A stretch of DNA of 64,000 bases from Octopus vulgaris (Eukaryota): contig OX597819.1 in the NCBI GenBank assembly GCA_951406725.2, positions 125,550,001 to 125,614,000 of the forward strand. The letters are read 5' to 3'. Below the pieces are notes generated by a model that worked only from the letters and a program-made list of their open reading frames with translations, was not told where the DNA came from and ran no database searches. Positions 62,814 through 64,000 of this stretch are shown in pieces. Within the stretch, counting starts at the first letter, position 1. The number at the start of each line of letters is the position of its first letter. A program made the translations under genes and the position numbers.

Positions 62814-64000
62814 TATATACGACGGGCGTCTTTCAGTTTCCGTCTACCTAATCCACTCACAAGGCTTTGGTCAGCCCGAGGCTATAGCAGAAGACACTTG
62901 CCCAAGGTGCCACGCAGTGGGACTGAACCCGGAACCATGTGGTTGGTAAGCAAGCTACTTACCACACAGCCGATTTGAATTTTAATTTAAATTTGAATTT
63001 AGATTGTATTTCGGTTCTTTCTCCTACCATTTGACTGGGCCACGGAAAACACGTTTGATCACTGCTGGTTGGTGACTGTTTTGCTACTGCATGCAATAAT
63101 TGTTGAAATAAAATAGCAAGGAAGTTCTTAGTGCTAGACTTTTTGAAAGCAATTTATTCTATAATCTTGCTGTTTTTTTTTTAAACTTCAAAAATGATTT
63201 ATCGTAATTTATTACAATAAATCATTTTTAAGTAAAAAAAAAAGTGTTTAGCAAAAATAATAAAAATACAAAAATACGGAATAAATTACGTTCCGATAAA
63301 ACATGAGATAATTGTATTTCACTTCAGTATTTTTAATTAATTAACTAGATAATTAATATTTTAATTTTATAACCAGTTAATTAGATAATTAATTCTCTGT
63401 AACCAATATGCGTGTTTTATTGGCATTAAGATCTTCCCTAAGTACATGAATATCTGCTTGAAAAACATGGTTTCACGTGAAGAATATTGCAAAACAAATA
63501 AAAGAATGTTTTGTTGTCTGTAGAACAATATATTCTGGTAGAAACAACTACACCAAATATTTGGATCTTAATCAATTCCTGCAGTCCCGTTGCAACCAAA
63601 AAATGGTGAAATATTCTTGAAAGACCCGGCAAACAATAAAACTCCGGAAAGAACACTTTACGTATCTGTTCTTAAACCTTTCCGGTGTTAAATAATGGAA
63701 AGAATTAACGGGTTGCTGCCACAAAGAGAAATGTCAATTCAGATAGACAACATACCAGAATATGGAGAGATTCTGTTAGAAATAAGTCATTTAAATTCTA
63801 GTAAGATTCCCAGGCCGAAATGGAATACCCATAAAGCTCTTGAAAACAGGAAGTGATACTGTGACTTCTGCAATACATAGAACGATAATTACTTGTTGAG
63901 AAAGAACTCTAATTCCACTAGATTGCTTTTGTACTGAGACATATTCTGTGGTTTCACTGTGTTAGAATCTGCGGGCAAAGCTTTCTCTGGAAGTATGTCA

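Noticed and set aside
63000-64000. Possible exon of another gene (short ORF 63438-63656, - strand)
   Set aside because: No recognisable motif or supported splice structure.

Overview
Repeat-rich eukaryotic DNA, most likely an octopod cephalopod (inferred from SINE content and microsatellite load). The only clear host gene is diphosphomevalonate decarboxylase (MVD) on the + strand, with 10 coding exons from 344 to the stop at 30239; its first exon lies upstream of the window. The rest is mobile DNA: a near-complete CR1-type LINE in an MVD intron, a full-length Tx1/L1-type LINE with a 16-bp TSD inside a SINE head, two R4/Dong-like copies in (AAT)n, a decayed Penelope element with inverted terminal repeats, nested piggyBac elements, Helitron pieces, MITEs and at least four SINE families. 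The most notable signal is a set of non-coding, hammerhead-ribozyme-bearing units of about 0.5-0.7 kb from three unrelated families (32.1-32.7, 55.1-55.8 and 59.0-60.4 kb). Two are terminally redundant and two show Penelope-like inverted geometry, so they are retrozyme or circular-RNA candidates. Also noted: a U6 snRNA/SINE-tail chimera, a SINE tail matching the Tx1 3' UTR, and a GGGAAAC slippery site at the CR1 ORF1/ORF2 junction. All calls were made by eye; no searches or folding programs were run.
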